From contig NC_043004.1 of the NCBI RefSeq assembly GCF_006345805.1, positions 68,634,001-68,698,000 on the forward strand: a DNA stretch of 64,000 bases, written 5' to 3'. The notes beneath the pieces are model-generated. The model was not told the origin of the DNA, did not search any database, and was given only the letters and a program-made list of their open reading frames with translations. This stretch comes from Octopus sinensis. Lineage: Eukaryota. The stretch's first letter is position 1, and each line of letters opens with the position of its first letter. This document shows positions 23,486 to 36,545 of this stretch, piece after piece. The translations under genes and the position numbers were made by a program.

Positions 23486-26174
23486 GGTTAACAACCGATG
23501 CTGCTTTAATTGTCCCCCGTTCGGCAAAAGTTCCCGATAGAATAAGTAGTAAGCTTACAAAGAATAAGTCCTGTGTTCGATTTCTTCGATTACAGGTGAT
23601 GCTCCAGCATGGCAACCGTCAATTGATTGAAACGTGAAATAGAGCGAAAGAGTATAAGTGTGTGAGTGTGTGTATGTACTATTTCTAGTAATTCCCTCTA
23701 TTTAAATCTCTCATATCTGATGAAGGTTTATACCTCGTATCCGAGAAACAGCTGTAAGACTCACTTTCTCTTTAAGGAAGTCCCAAAAACTCCACACACC
23801 ATTGGCTTTGTTGTTTCCTTATATTTAATATAATATAATATAATATATATATATAAATTAGTAGAAAACATCTTTTATCAATTCAAAATGAACAATTAAA
23901 TTACACCATCTAGAAAATTACAAATAATAGAAATATTAAAAATAAAATACCAATAATATACCGATGATTACGTAAACTGTAAAATAATTAGAAAAACGTT
24001 TATTATTATTGTGCAGTTTACTTAATCATCGGAATATTATTGTTATCATATTTTTAATATATCTATTATATGTAATTTTCTAGATGGTGTAATTTTATTA
24101 TTCATTTTGAATTGATAAAAGGTGTTTTTTCCTAATTTTTCTATATATATTGTATTTTGTGAAATTTGATTTAGTATTTCTAATTTGAATTTTTCCTTGT
24201 AAGTTAGGAATAATATTCCCTCAAATAATTATATATATATATACGCATAGATATACATATACACACATACAGATAAATATATACCTGCATACATATATAC
24301 ATACATACCCAATACCCCAAAATATACATATATGTATATATATACATACAGTCATACAAATCTGAATAACAAACCAATGTCAAAAGTCAGACTTCAATTT
24401 ATGACATGCTTCGTCCATTGCCTTCGTTTCTATATCACTGATCAGGTTTTCTCATCCATTTGTTTTTATCTACCGACCACTTTGATTCTTATTTTATTCT
24501 GGTTCGATCCATAGCCATTCGATGATTAAAAACTAGTTTTATTGAAAATCCAATAATGTGTGACAAACAAAGCTCCTGTTTTGCTTTCCACATGTTTACT
24601 TGTGAAGGTTGAATGTTAGAGAAAGACATTTAGCTCTTTCTTGCAATTAATATCGATGCGCACATATAAAACAAAAAAATTCAGGGACCCTTAATATACT
24701 ACTTTGGATCTTCAATTTACTACATTGCTGCTTGTCCACCATCCCGCAATCTTATATGGACCCTCAGGGGCCATATGAACTCCGTTTCAGAAACACTGTC
24801 ATAGACTCTAGTTATGACATAAGCTGAAGTATATTACTAAGAAATTATTGTTGAAATAACGTAGCTTATACTATTTCGAAACCTGTGTACGTCTATCACA
24901 ATGTACATATGTTTTCTTTTTAGATATTATTGTAATGTTTTGAAAATGAATATCTAAATGTCCTTGTGTTTATATTCCATTGAATAAAGAATATATTAAA
25001 GGTGTAAGAATAGCAGCTCTAGATGAGCCTCCAATATTGAGCAATTACGTGGTTCATAAAGATCTGCGGTATAAAATATCGAAGGAGTCACAGACAGTGA
25101 AGCGTTTCAAGAATAGAAAATAGAACGATGCGACAATTAGCTGGAGAGATAAATAACAGCATGGTTAAATGATGCAACAAATCGAGGAGGCTGGAAGTCG
25201 AACTGAGAGATAGACACACAAAACGAGAAACAAGCCATTTGAACGAGTTTGATGAAGGTAAAGATTAATAAAACTTAGTCAGACAGCAATTCCACAATGT
25301 GTGAGAAAGGGGACGAATATCCTATATTCTTAGACAGTGCCGTAATCTATCACAAAAAGAGTATTGGGTATGTATGTATATATGTATGCATGTATATATT
25401 TATCTGTATGTGTGTATATGTATATATATAATTATTTGAGGGAATATTATTCCTAACTTACAGGGAAAAATTCAATTTAGAAATACTAAATCAAATTTCA
25501 CAAAATACAATATATAAAGAAAAATTAGGAAAAAACACCTTTTATCAATTCAAAATGAATAATTAAATTACACCATCTAGAAAATTACATATTATAGAAA
25601 TATTAAAAATATGATAACAATAATATACCAATGATTAAGTAAACTGCAAAAAATAATAAACGTTTTTCTAATTATTTTGCAGTTTACGTAATCATCGGTA
25701 TATTATTGGTATTTTATTTTTAATATTTCCATTATTTGTAATTTTCTAAATGATGTAATTTAATTGTTCATTTTGAATTGATAAAAGATGTTTTCTACTA
25801 ATTTATATATCTATATTATATTATATTATATTAAATATAAGGAAACAACAAAGCCAATGGTGTGTGGAGTTTTTGGGACTTCCTTAAAGAGAAAGTGAGT
25901 CTTACAGCTGTTTCTCGGATACGAGGTATAAACCTTCATCAGATATGAGAGATTTAAATAGAGGGAATTACTAGAAATAGTACATACACACACTCACACA
26001 CTTATACTCTTTCGCTCTATTTCACGTTTCAATCAATTGACGGTTGCCATGCTGGAGCATCACCTGTAATCGAAGAAATCGAACACAGGACTTATTCTTT
26101 GTAAGCTTACTACTTATTCTATCGGGAACTTTTGCCGAACCCGGGGACAATTAAAGCAGCATCGGTTGTTAACC
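23486..26174. repeat. Inverted duplication with ~755-bp arms (23486-24240 and 25422-26174) and a ~1.18-kb spacer
   Basis: The arms are near-identical reverse complements with a few substitutions. Each arm includes a SINE A tail, an HHR-like motif and an internal palindrome. Confidence 0.95.
23717..23760 (+). ncRNA. Degenerate hammerhead-like motif (CUGAUGA...GAAA cagctg UA); mirror copy at 25899-25942 on the minus strand
   Basis: The core and the palindromic stem III ACAGCUGU are intact. Stem I and the base of stem II pair poorly. Confidence 0.4.
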
Positions 26175-26215
26175 GGTGGAAAGGGAAAAACAGAGACACA
26201 AAGACACACAATACA
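26005..26215 (-). mobile_element. SINE family A, 3' half (the copy at 23486-23650 is its inverted duplicate)
   Basis: caattgacggttgccatgctggagcatcacc..gacttattctttgtaagc..cggttgttaaccggtggaaaggg..acacaaagacacac. Confidence 0.85.
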
Positions 26216-26479
26216 GTCTTGGTAAAAGCGCGTACCGGAATGTTAGTGAAGAGTTAATGGATTTGAAGTGACAGGGAAACTGTTATGAAGAAGAGCTAGA
26301 ATCTTTAATTACAGATTTGATAGAATCTTTTTCTTCACAGAAATTGTATAGTATAATTGACTAAGAGAAGCCAGATATGATCGTGGGTGACAGACAGGAC
26401 TTACAGTGCAACGTCATTACTTAGCAATAATATACGACGGTAGAGTGGAAATTCAGAAATTGCAACATATCAATCTGGC

Positions 26480-26840
26480 CATAACCAGAGGTGGAGAAAT
26501 TGTCGTAGTAATTGTACTACAGTGTCAGCTGTTCGCTACCAGAGAACTAAGGTAACACCTCTTCTTTTTCGTGCACCTTCCGGAGTAGTCGAGCAGTTCC
26601 AAGCTGTGCTGTTTTCTGCAAGTGCTCCACCCTTATTGCAGTCCCTATTTGTTCCTCGTACTTCTCGAGATTTTTGCTCACTGTTCCCAGGGCTCAGACA
26701 ATTATTGGTACTACTGCTACCTTTTTCATCGACCACAACTGTTTAACTTCCCAAGTTAACCTGTCATATCTCTCGACATTTCTTTCTTCCTTATCGCATA
26801 CTTTCTTGTCAGCCTGGCATGCTATATCTATGATACAGCA
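26480..26840 (-). mobile_element. R4/Dong-like LINE 3' end (RLE C-terminus plus 3' UTR)
   Basis: A minus frame not shown in the ORF track gives CIIDIACQADKKVCDKEERNVERYDRLTWEVKQLWSMKKVAVVPIIV*ALGTVSKNLEKY..VEHLQKTAQLGTARLLRKV. Confidence 0.9.
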
Positions 26841-26842
26841 TA

Positions 26843-26929
<87 letters not shown>
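26843..26929. repeat. (TTA)n microsatellite
   Basis: Direct reading. Confidence 0.95.
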
Positions 26930-26933
<4 letters not shown>

Positions 26934-27365
26934 CGGCGTGTAAACAGAATTGTCTGTGCGCCGGGTAAAATGCTTAGCGGTATTTCGTGTCTTCACGTTC
27001 TGGGTTCGAACTCCGCCGAGGTCGCCTTTGCCTTTCGTCCTTTTGAAGTCGATGAAATAAGTACCAGTTAAGTGCTGGGGAAGATATAATCGACTTAGTC
27101 CCCTACCCCCATATTTCAAAACCTTGTGTCTATAGAAGAAAGGATTATTATTCAGGCGGCCAGTCAACAGAATCGTTAGCGAGCCGTGTAAAAATGCTTA
27201 GCAGCATTTCGCCCCGTCTTACGTTCTGCGTTAAATTTCCACCGCGGACGACTTTGCCTTTCATCATGTTGTGTCCGATAAAGTAAGTACCAGTTGAACA
27301 CTGGGGTCTAGGTAATCAACTAATCCCCTCACCCAAATTTCCGGCCTTGTAGAAAGGATTATGAT
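26930..27365 (+). mobile_element. Two tandem SINE family B-type copies (26930-27150 and 27152-27365)
   Basis: Each begins caggcggc..cagaat..aaatgcttagc..acgttctg and ends ..aaaggattattatt. Confidence 0.85.
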
Positions 27366-27559
27366 TATTGTTGCTGTTGTTTTTCTTTTTGTTATTTTCA
27401 ATTCGTTCAATTACAGATTGTCTTTCAGTCCGTCCTTCATCTTTGTACAACTTGCCTCAGCCTCAAACGCATTTCTCTGAGAAACCCCTGTTCAGCTTTT
27501 CTACGTATGTCTTTTTTTCTGTTACGACTTCGAACTCTTATGACGACTAACGAAGCAAA

Positions 27560-28312
27560 CCTTGTTGTTATTGTTGTTGTTGTTGTTGTTGTTGTTGTTC
27601 TTCTTCTTCTTCTTCTTCTTCTTCTCTTCTTCTTCTTCTCGTCCTCCTCCTCCACGTATTTGTCGTCGTCGTCGTCGTCGTCGTCATCATCATCATCGTC
27701 ATTCCATTTGTTTAGCATCTCTATTACAAATAATTGTATTTCTCTGTAATTACAACATATCGAATTGAAAATTTTAATTGGAATCTACAGGAATTTAATC
27801 ATTTTCACACACACACACACAACTCACATACAAAGCACAAACACACACGCAACGCACATAGCACACACACACACACACAAACACACAAACACACAAACAC
27901 ACACACACCACATACAAACACGCGAGTGCCCACCTCACAACACACACACCCTCCCATTCGCACTCCTAACTCCACCAGTACAAGCATCGCCCCCCCCCAC
28001 CACCACTACCATCGTATACAACAACAACAACAACCACAACCACAACAACAACCATAGCAACAACATTAACGACAATAACAACAACAGGAACAAGATCTAT
28101 AACAATGACAACAACAACTGCAACTACAACGACGCCTAAACCAAGATTTCCCTTTAATTCTGCCATCAGAACCATCGATCACAATTCCTCAGTGTTTAAC
28201 ATTATTCTTTCATTGTTATAGGTTGTGAAGGACTTACCGTTTTTGTTGTTGTCCTCCTCCTCCCCTTCTTCTTCTTCTTCTTCTTCTTCTTCTTCTTCTT
28301 CTTCTTCTTCTT

Positions 28313-28343
<31 letters not shown>

Positions 28344-28623
28344 TTTTTGCTCTTTTCTGTGTCCAGTTCTTGTTCTTCCTGTTCTTGCTCTAGCTGCGGT
28401 TGTGGTTGTTGTCGTTGTTACTGCTGTTGGTGTTGTTGTTGTGCTTGTTCTACTACTACTACTACTACAACTACTTAACCAATTTCTGTTATCATTACCA
28501 CCACCTAATACCACAACCACACCACCACTACCACCACCACTAACATCGGCGTCGTCGTCAACATTATCATCGTTAACGACGTCGTCATCATCATCATCAT
28601 CCTCATCATCGTCATCGTCATCA

Positions 28624-28663
<40 letters not shown>

Positions 28664-28680
28664 CCGTCATCTGTTTCTGC
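27560..28680. repeat. Mixed trinucleotide and (CA)n low-complexity field
   Basis: Direct reading of (GTT), (CTT), (CGT), (CAT), (CAA) and (CAC) runs. Confidence 0.9.
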
Positions 28681-29869
28681 TTAGTTTTCACAAATTAAGT
28701 TTATCACAATTTCACAACATCGGACGCACCAAACATTTTGTTATATTTTTATATATTTTTTGTAAAAAAAAAAAAAATAAAGGAGATGGGGGTAGAAAAG
28801 AAGAAAAGGGTTAAAAATGAGGGAATTGACAAAGGAAACACATATGAGGTAGAAAAAAGTACAGGATTATAAATTTTATCCTTAATTCGCTCAATCCCTA
28901 CTTTTGTATCGTTACTTCCGCCATTTTGTCTTCTGCATTTTAGCTGTTAATTAAATTGATTGGTTCTATTGTGTACGCGCGCAAACGTTTGTGTGTTATG
29001 TATGTATGCTTATGTGTGTGTGTGCATATATATGTATGTACATGTATGTATATGTGTATATGTATGTATATGTTCATGTTCATATATGTGTATATTGTAT
29101 ATATATATATATATTTACACACAAATTAACACACATATATAAGAATATAGCATACATTCAAATAGATGTATAGCATATATGCATATAACAAAATTTAATC
29201 ATACATATTATGTATATACATACATATACATACATATATACATGTACATATGCATATGTATATATGTATATCTTATATATATACATACACTTAGATATGC
29301 TTGCATATATATGTATATATGTGAATATATGTGTACACACACACATGCCTAATACCCATATGCACATACACACACATACGCATTTGTAATATATATTTAC
29401 CAACGTGTACGTGTGGGTCGATGGGGATATCTATATGTGTGTGTTGGTGGTGGCGGCGCTGACGGCAGCGGCAGCAGTCGAGGTGCTTGTGGTGGTGAAG
29501 TGTAAATTTTCATGTCATTACAATCCTGTCAACTACAGTAATTGAAATTTCGACCACTCTTCTGCAAAGGAAAAAACAGAAAAAAACCCAAACAAAAACA
29601 GAAAAAAAAAGAAAACTGACGTAAGGTAGATAAAAAAGAGTAAGAAAAAAAACAAAAAAATTAATGGAAACATTGAAGAATTTTGTTTTAGCAATAAAAT
29701 AATGAATGAGAACAGGAATGAAGAAATTAGTAAATTGCTTTTATTAATCAACTTCCTTCCTCAATTTAATGACAAACCTTCAGAGTCTGTTGCCCCCAGG
29801 AACGAAATAATGCAGAAAAAGTTGACGACAGCAGTCGGATTCTATTTTATATTATATTTTACATTTTTT

Positions 29870-29876
29870 TCTATTA

Positions 29877-29932
<56 letters not shown>

Positions 29933-30038
29933 GTTATTGTTGTTGTTGTTGTTGTTGTTGTTGTTTTAATTATTACTAACAAAAGAATTTATACTTGCAC
30001 TATTATCATTATTGTTGCTTTTGTTGTTGTTGTTATTG

Positions 30039-30088
<50 letters not shown>

Positions 30089-30090
30089 AG
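29870..30090. repeat. (TTA)/(GTT) trinucleotide field
   Basis: Direct reading. Confidence 0.9.
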
Positions 30091-31360
30091 TTATAGTGTT
30101 TAGTTGGCATTTCCTTAGAGCTACACCCATGTATGTCACACCTGTATGCGTGTTTGCGTTGATATTTAATGCAACTAGTAATCTCACCTGCTGCTTGCCT
30201 CATATTTGGTACTCTCATATGTTTATCTGGTGTTCGGTACTCTTAGATTTTTTTAGTCTGGTATTTCCGTATTCTAATGTCTTTGTCTGTTATTCGGTAC
30301 TCCTAGTTGTTTGTCTTGTACTCTTAGAATAGTTGCACCTTACACTGTAAACGCTTCAATTCCATATAATTATGCACATCAACGTCATACTTGTTGTCTG
30401 TATGTTTTAGCTGTTATTTTTGCCGTTATTATTTTTGCTGTTATTATTGTTGTTGTTTTCATAATGATGATGATGATGATGATCATCATCATCATCATCA
30501 TCATCATTCTCCTCGTTTTCTTCTTCCGTTGTTGTTATTATTGTTTTTGTTTAGCTCTTTGTCTTCCTCGAAGAAACCCACAATAAAAGGCATTCTTGGA
30601 CCATTGTGTGCAAACCTAAACCTCTTATGCTACTTTTTCTAACTGCTTCTCTTGGCGCTTTTCCGTTTTCCCACTCTTTTTTTCTATATCTAGTGAAACA
30701 GGGAGAACATCAATGAGGCTTACTCAAGAAAGCAGTGTGTAATTAGAAGAAAATTGGGTTACTAATTCTAGCATATCGAGCAACAGGCTCCCATGTTGGA
30801 TTCGCAGTCAACGCTATACAACCCGCCATCAATCCATGGCAAGTATCAATAAGTTTGATATCGTGCATAAAATAGTTGTCGCTTGAATAAGCTCCAAGGA
30901 GAAACTTGATGGAGCAGATCTATGATCAATATCGTTTCAGCCGTGGCCATTCTTAGAAGGGTATCTAGGAACACATTAATCAATCTACCGGAAAGCTATT
31001 TTCCAAAATGACAGGGTATGATTTGAAGGAGATGGGTTCCTATCACTTGCAGATCCAGCAACCACATTATGGATTCCTAAGTGGCTCGTGTTTGTATATT
31101 AATCATATAAACAAATCTGTTAAATCCCCAGGCAGTCCTATTAATCTCTCTTACCGTCGACATCGTAGCAACGACATCCAAGCCGTAGAAGACACAATAA
31201 TACTATACAAGGGAATAAGAGTCTAAGCACATTATCAGTTGGCCAGTTAAAACATCCTGATATTAAACATTATCGACTCATAAAGAAAAGACCACAATCA
31301 TTAAATGTGGCTATAGATTAACCTTAAAAGGATGAAATGTTTGCAGATGCAATGTTTTTG

Positions 31361-31437
31361 ATTATAAAGCAGTTTGATATGCAGTTTCATTATAAAGCAG
31401 TTTGATATGCAGTTTCATTATAAAGCAGTTTGATATG
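31361..31437. repeat. 28-bp tandem repeat, 2.7 copies (attataaagcagtttgatatgcagtttc)
   Basis: Direct reading. Confidence 0.9.
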
Positions 31438-31544
31438 ATGCTATATAACAAGTAAGCTCTGTTGCATGCATGTTTACGCACACACACACACACACATACA
31501 CACTTACGTACGTACGTATATTTGTATATATGTATATGTATATA

Positions 31545-31775
31545 TTCTGTTTTTTGATTATTTTACTTGCTTCAGTCATTTGAATGCTGCCATGCTGGAG
31601 CAATGCCTTGAAAGGTTTTAGTCGAAAAAATCGACCTCCGGACTTATTTTTTAAGCTTAGTACCAATTCTATCAATCTCTTTTGCCGAACCGCTATGTTA
31701 CGACGATTTAAAGACTCCATCACTGGTTGTCAAGTGGTGGTGGGAGACAAATATAGACACACAAAAACACATGGA
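31545..31775 (-). mobile_element. SINE family A, 3' half
   Basis: ttttacttgcttcagtcatttg..ccatgctggagc..ttttgccgaaccgcta..ggttgtcaag..gacaaatatagacacac. Confidence 0.85.
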
Positions 31776-31798
31776 TGTATGTATATATATATATATGA

Positions 31799-31844
<46 letters not shown>

Positions 31845-31845
31845 T

Positions 31846-31876
<31 letters not shown>

Positions 31877-31929
31877 GTACTGGCAGCACAAGGCCATGCT
31901 TTGGTCATGAATTGGAGGGTCAACTTTTG

Positions 31930-32095
31930 CAATGAGCAATTGTCTCCGCTGTGCCGCATCTAAAATAGAGTAAATGAAACCATTGCCCATATCACGAACG
32001 AATGCCCAAAACGACTACAAGTTGAGGCGACAGGATCAGGTAGCGAAAGTGCTACACTGGAAACTGTGCGAAAAGTAGGGGCTAGAGTATGATAA
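31930..32095 (+). mobile_element. R4/Dong-like LINE fragment (CCHC knuckle region before the RLE)
   Basis: Degenerate CR..NETIAHITNECPK..RQDQVAKVLHWKLCEK*GL. Confidence 0.7.
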
Positions 32096-32539
32096 TAATA
32101 ATAAGTGGATGTAAACACATGAACAAAATAAGAATAAACAAAAGCAACAACAACAAAAACAAATTACATGAACGTATATAAACAGAAGATACAAATATTA
32201 CAGGCATATCCCCCACACACTAAATAAACATAGACGCACATAGAGATATAAGCATGCGCAAATGAAGACATACAATAGAAATGCAAAATGGCTGACGGTT
32301 AGTAAGGAGAGACACAAATAAGAAAGAAGAAAACAAAAGGACCACTGATGCGGTCACAGGAGTGTGACGAAAGAACTCTGGCCGAAATAAGATTAAGATT
32401 AATGTAAAAAATAAATAACACTGAAGCAAAATAACACCAAATATATAGTGCGTGTGTTTTTATTGGCTAAACTGGCAATATGACCATACCGAAATATAAC
32501 AATATCTGTTTCAACACACAACTTCACATAAAAAATCTT

Positions 32540-32571
32540 ACACAACAAATATATATATATATATTATATAT

Positions 32572-32644
<73 letters not shown>

Positions 32645-32645
32645 G

Positions 32646-32683
<38 letters not shown>

Positions 32684-32754
32684 TGTATATATATATGTGT
32701 GAATATATACGTGTGTGTACATATGTTATGTATCTCTCTCTATACATACACACG

Positions 32755-32790
<36 letters not shown>

Positions 32791-32978
32791 CATATACATA
32801 CATACACACACATATATATATACATATATATATATATGTATATGCATAAATATATACGCATATATATGGATATATGAATACATATAGAAATGGCTACGTG
32901 TATATATGCATATATGTGTGCGTGTGTGTGAGTATACACACATACACCTACATATACATACATAAATACATACATGTG

Positions 32979-33016
<38 letters not shown>

Positions 33017-33024
33017 AATATATG

Positions 33025-33057
<33 letters not shown>

Positions 33058-33070
33058 TTATATATGTACA
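32540..33070. repeat. (TA)/(CA)/(GT) microsatellite field
   Basis: Direct reading. Confidence 0.9.
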
Positions 33071-34859
33071 CGAGTGTCTGCATAGATATTATGTAAATAC
33101 AATTTAATTGTTAAAATGCGCTTGAAAAGAAAGAGAAAGCTTGATCGCGTGTCAGGTGCTGGTCATTCCTTAGAATGAAAAAAAAGGACCCAGCATAAAT
33201 ACCCCTACTAAAAGGCTTTGTTCCTTCCCGAGTTCTAGATTCATCACTCCTTAAAAACTCTAATTCTACATGTACATTTTCCTCTAAAATATACTTTTAT
33301 ATAAGGTAGTTCTTAATAAAGACATAGAGGTCACGAAGAGAAATCTTTTGATCATGTGCCTGCTCAGTCGTGCCTGACCTTGGGCTACAAACTATCACCA
33401 CCACCATCAACAACAACAACAACATCAACTTCTAACTTATATTTCGCTCGTGTCTTTCCATTCTTAAAGTATATCTCATCAGCCATTCTATTATAGTGTT
33501 TATGTTAAACTTCATATCAAATCTTTCGAACGCCATCTTTACTCAAATATTTCAAAACAGCGTTGAGTGTGCGTTTTATATATTTATTTATTCACTTCTT
33601 TTTGCATTTTCTTTTATCTAGATTGAGTCTAATATATTTTTTTACATCACGTTTCCTTCCTGTTATTATATATATATTTTTTTTTCAACTTACACCCGAC
33701 TTCTTTCTCTTTCTCTCTTCCTCTCTTCCTCTTTTCTCTTCTCGTCTCTCGTTCTGAAATAATTTGATTCTTCTTCAGTATTAACTTATTTTCTCTTTTT
33801 TTTCTGTTTTTGTTTTCTTCATTTTCTTTTATTTTACATATCGAATCACTTGCAATAATCTCTTTACACCATTGCCGACAATAGGATTACATTTACTTAC
33901 CCGCCCTCGGTAATAATTCATACGATAATATAATATTAATAACATAAACGATTGATATTTATGACATAAAAATCGCTTTATATTAACTATTATATTACAT
34001 TATATTATACACCCCTGTCTCGGCTCTTCCATTGTTATTGTGGCATTTCCTTTGCGCATTTAATTTTATTTTTTTTTTATTATTAGATTATGAACAGCAA
34101 AAAAAGAAGCAAAAAACAAAACAAAAAAAAAGACGGAATTGGTTAGTTTTCTCTTCAAAACATTCAAGGAAATGATTGAATTCTTTGATATCATCTTAAA
34201 TCTTCCACTTCCAACACAGTTATTATATGTATATTTTTTTCATTACCACCCCCAACGCATCTCCTTTCTTAATTTCATTTCTACTTTCACGGTAACATAA
34301 AATATTATTTATTAAATGAGCCAACGAGAGAGTTCCCACGCGGTTATTTGAGCGAGCTGCTTGAAACAGCAGCCAAGTGCCTTTCAGATAAACCCCACCC
34401 AGTCTCAGGAAAATGACAGATTCGATAATGTGCTCCTCGGCTCTCTGGAAATAGGAAAATTGATTGAGGCGATGGCCAGTGCTGTAATGATGCTTTTCGT
34501 CTTATATGTGCTCGATGAAGGTTAACCTGGGGCTAAACAACAGCAACTCGCCCTCTATTTCTTTCGCTCTCTATTTCTCTCTCTCTTTCCTTCGTTCTGT
34601 CTCTCTGTATGTGTGTGTCTCTCGCTGTCTGTCTCTCTCTCTATATGCCATGCCTACAGACTTTAGCAATGATTCTTATTGGGGAAGATACAGCCGCAGT
34701 TTCTACGGTCTCTTGCCATTTTCTTTAGCGTTTATTCTGCTAGTCTTCTATTCTCTTGAACTTTCTCTCGAGGGAGAGGATCCATTTAACTCTGCAGTAG
34801 AAGGTCTGTCAATACATCAGAAGGGTTTTGTGACACAGTTCCAGAGACCAGACCATGTA

Positions 34860-35425
34860 TTGGGTTGTCCGGAAAGTTCGTGCCGATTTTTAAAGGAAAG
34901 AAAAAGGTCAATAAATACTTGCCATAACATTTTTAATCAATCAAATATGAACCATTTTGTTGCACAATACGTCTCCATCTTTCCTTTAACTTGAAAATAC
35001 CCTCTTTCCAGAATTGAGGTGGTTTCATGGCTAAGAATTCATCAAGGTATCTTTTTACGTCATCCAATGAGTAGAAATTTTTACCATTAAAACTATTATT
35101 TAGAGACCTGAATAAGTGGAAATCCGAAGGAGCAATATCTGGTGAATATGGAGGGTGGGGTAACACACCCCAGCCGAACTGCAGCAATTTTTGTCTGGTT
35201 CCCAAAACATCAAGTGCCAAAAATGAACTTTCTTATCTTCCATTTTAAAGGGTGACGGAATTAACACAAGTTATAGGAACATAAACCTTCTTCCACGAAA
35301 AGATAGCTTAAACTGTGCTTTAAATGGAGGTGTAATCAAATCCTATTTTATGAACTCAACCATGCTGGAAAATAAGTTAAAAGGTAAGCTACTATAAATC
35401 GGCACGAACTTTCCGGACAACCCAA
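34860..35425 (-). mobile_element. Non-autonomous mariner (566 bp) with perfect 30-bp TIRs, TA target duplication and transposase C-terminus
   Basis: TA-ttgggttgtccggaaagttcgtgccgattt ... aaatcggcacgaactttccggacaacccaa-TA; VLPHPPYSPDIAPSDFHLFRSL..WKEGIFKLKERWRRIVQQNGSY. Confidence 0.97.
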
Positions 35426-35697
35426 TACTTTAGCCACAGGCAACCTGAGATTTACCAATAACGGTACCTTTGTCAGCTATTGATAATTCTATCTGGAGCG
35501 CACCTGATGCTTAAGGGGCTAAGTCTATAATATCCACAATTTCTGAAACCCTGATCTGGAGCCTCATCACGGGAAACAGTTTAAAGTCATATCCATGACA
35601 CACAACAGCAACAATAACAACAACAACAACAACAGCAGCAGCAGCAAAGACGACAACAACATTATTAAATCAATTTTGTTTTTATTAATGGAACGAG

Positions 35698-36110
35698 AAA
35701 GGCGGCGAGCTGATAAAACCGTTAGCACGCTTGACAAAATGTTTAGCGGCATTTCGTTCGTTTTACGCTCTGAGTTCAAATTCTGCCGATCTCGACTTTG
35801 CCTTTCATCCTTTTGAAGTCAATAAAATAAGTACCAGTTGACCACTGGCGTTGATGTAATCGACTCTTCCCCTCACCTGAAATGTCAGGCCTTGTGCCTA
35901 TAGCAGAAAGGTTTACTGGAACTAGAAGGCGGTTCTACTGGCAGAACCGTTAGCAAGCTTGACAAAATATACCTATAACAGGGAGAAATTAAGAGAACTA
36001 GATGAGGAGATCTGATTACGTCCTGAGTTCAAATCCTGTCTCGGTTGCTTTTGCCACTGTTTCCACTGTGGTCGATAATAATAAGATTCAAGTGCAGGTC
36101 TAACTTGACA
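35698..36110 (+). mobile_element. Two tandem SINE family B-type copies
   Basis: aggcggcgagctgataaaaccgttagcac..ctgagttcaaattc..aagtaccagttgaccactgg, with a second head at ~35925. Confidence 0.8.
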
Positions 36111-36169
36111 ACTAGTGTTGGTTCGTTTACTCTCCCATTGCTTTTCATTTCAGTAAAAAGTGAAAAAAA

Positions 36170-36295
36170 AAAAAAACCTTTAGAAGAAGCAACAGATTTA
36201 AAAAAAATAAGTATTGGGGTAGATCTATTTGGCTAAAACTTTTTAAGGCGGTACCCCAGCATGACTCCATTCCAATTCCTGAAACAAAAGATTAG
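36170..36295 (+). mobile_element. SINE family A, degenerate 3' tail
   Basis: aaaaataagtattggggtagatc..ggcggtaccccagcatg..ctgaaacaaaag. Confidence 0.6.
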
Positions 36296-36319
36296 TAAAA
36301 GAAACGTATAACAGTCCAT

Positions 36320-36545
36320 TTTACTCCGTAAGGAGCATGAGGCCGGTTTCAAGGTTTCTCTGGTGTATGTATATTCCCCCTCGGATGGGACACCAGTCCA
36401 CCGCACGATTACTCATTGTTACCAACCAAGTGGGCTAGAGGATTAGAGCAACGTGAAATGAAGCGTTTTGCTCTAGAACACAAATCATCGCCCAGTCCAC
36501 GAATCGAAACCAGTATCTTACGATCATGAATCCAGCACCCTAACC
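36320..36545 (-). mobile_element. tRNA-derived SINE family E (CORE-like)
   Basis: Minus strand: ggttagggtgctggattcatgatcgtaagatactggtttcgattcgtggactgggcgatgat..gagcaaaacgcttcatttcacgttgctc. Confidence 0.7.

Noticed and set aside
26536-26736. ORF MVDEKGSSSTNN.. that looks like a host exon
   Set aside because: It is an alternative frame of the R4/Dong RLE C-terminus, which reads clearly in another minus frame.
27430-27505. AG...GTATGT-bounded segment with two open frames
   Set aside because: It has no recognisable protein motif, lies between a SINE tail and microsatellites, and such splice-like pairs are expected by chance.
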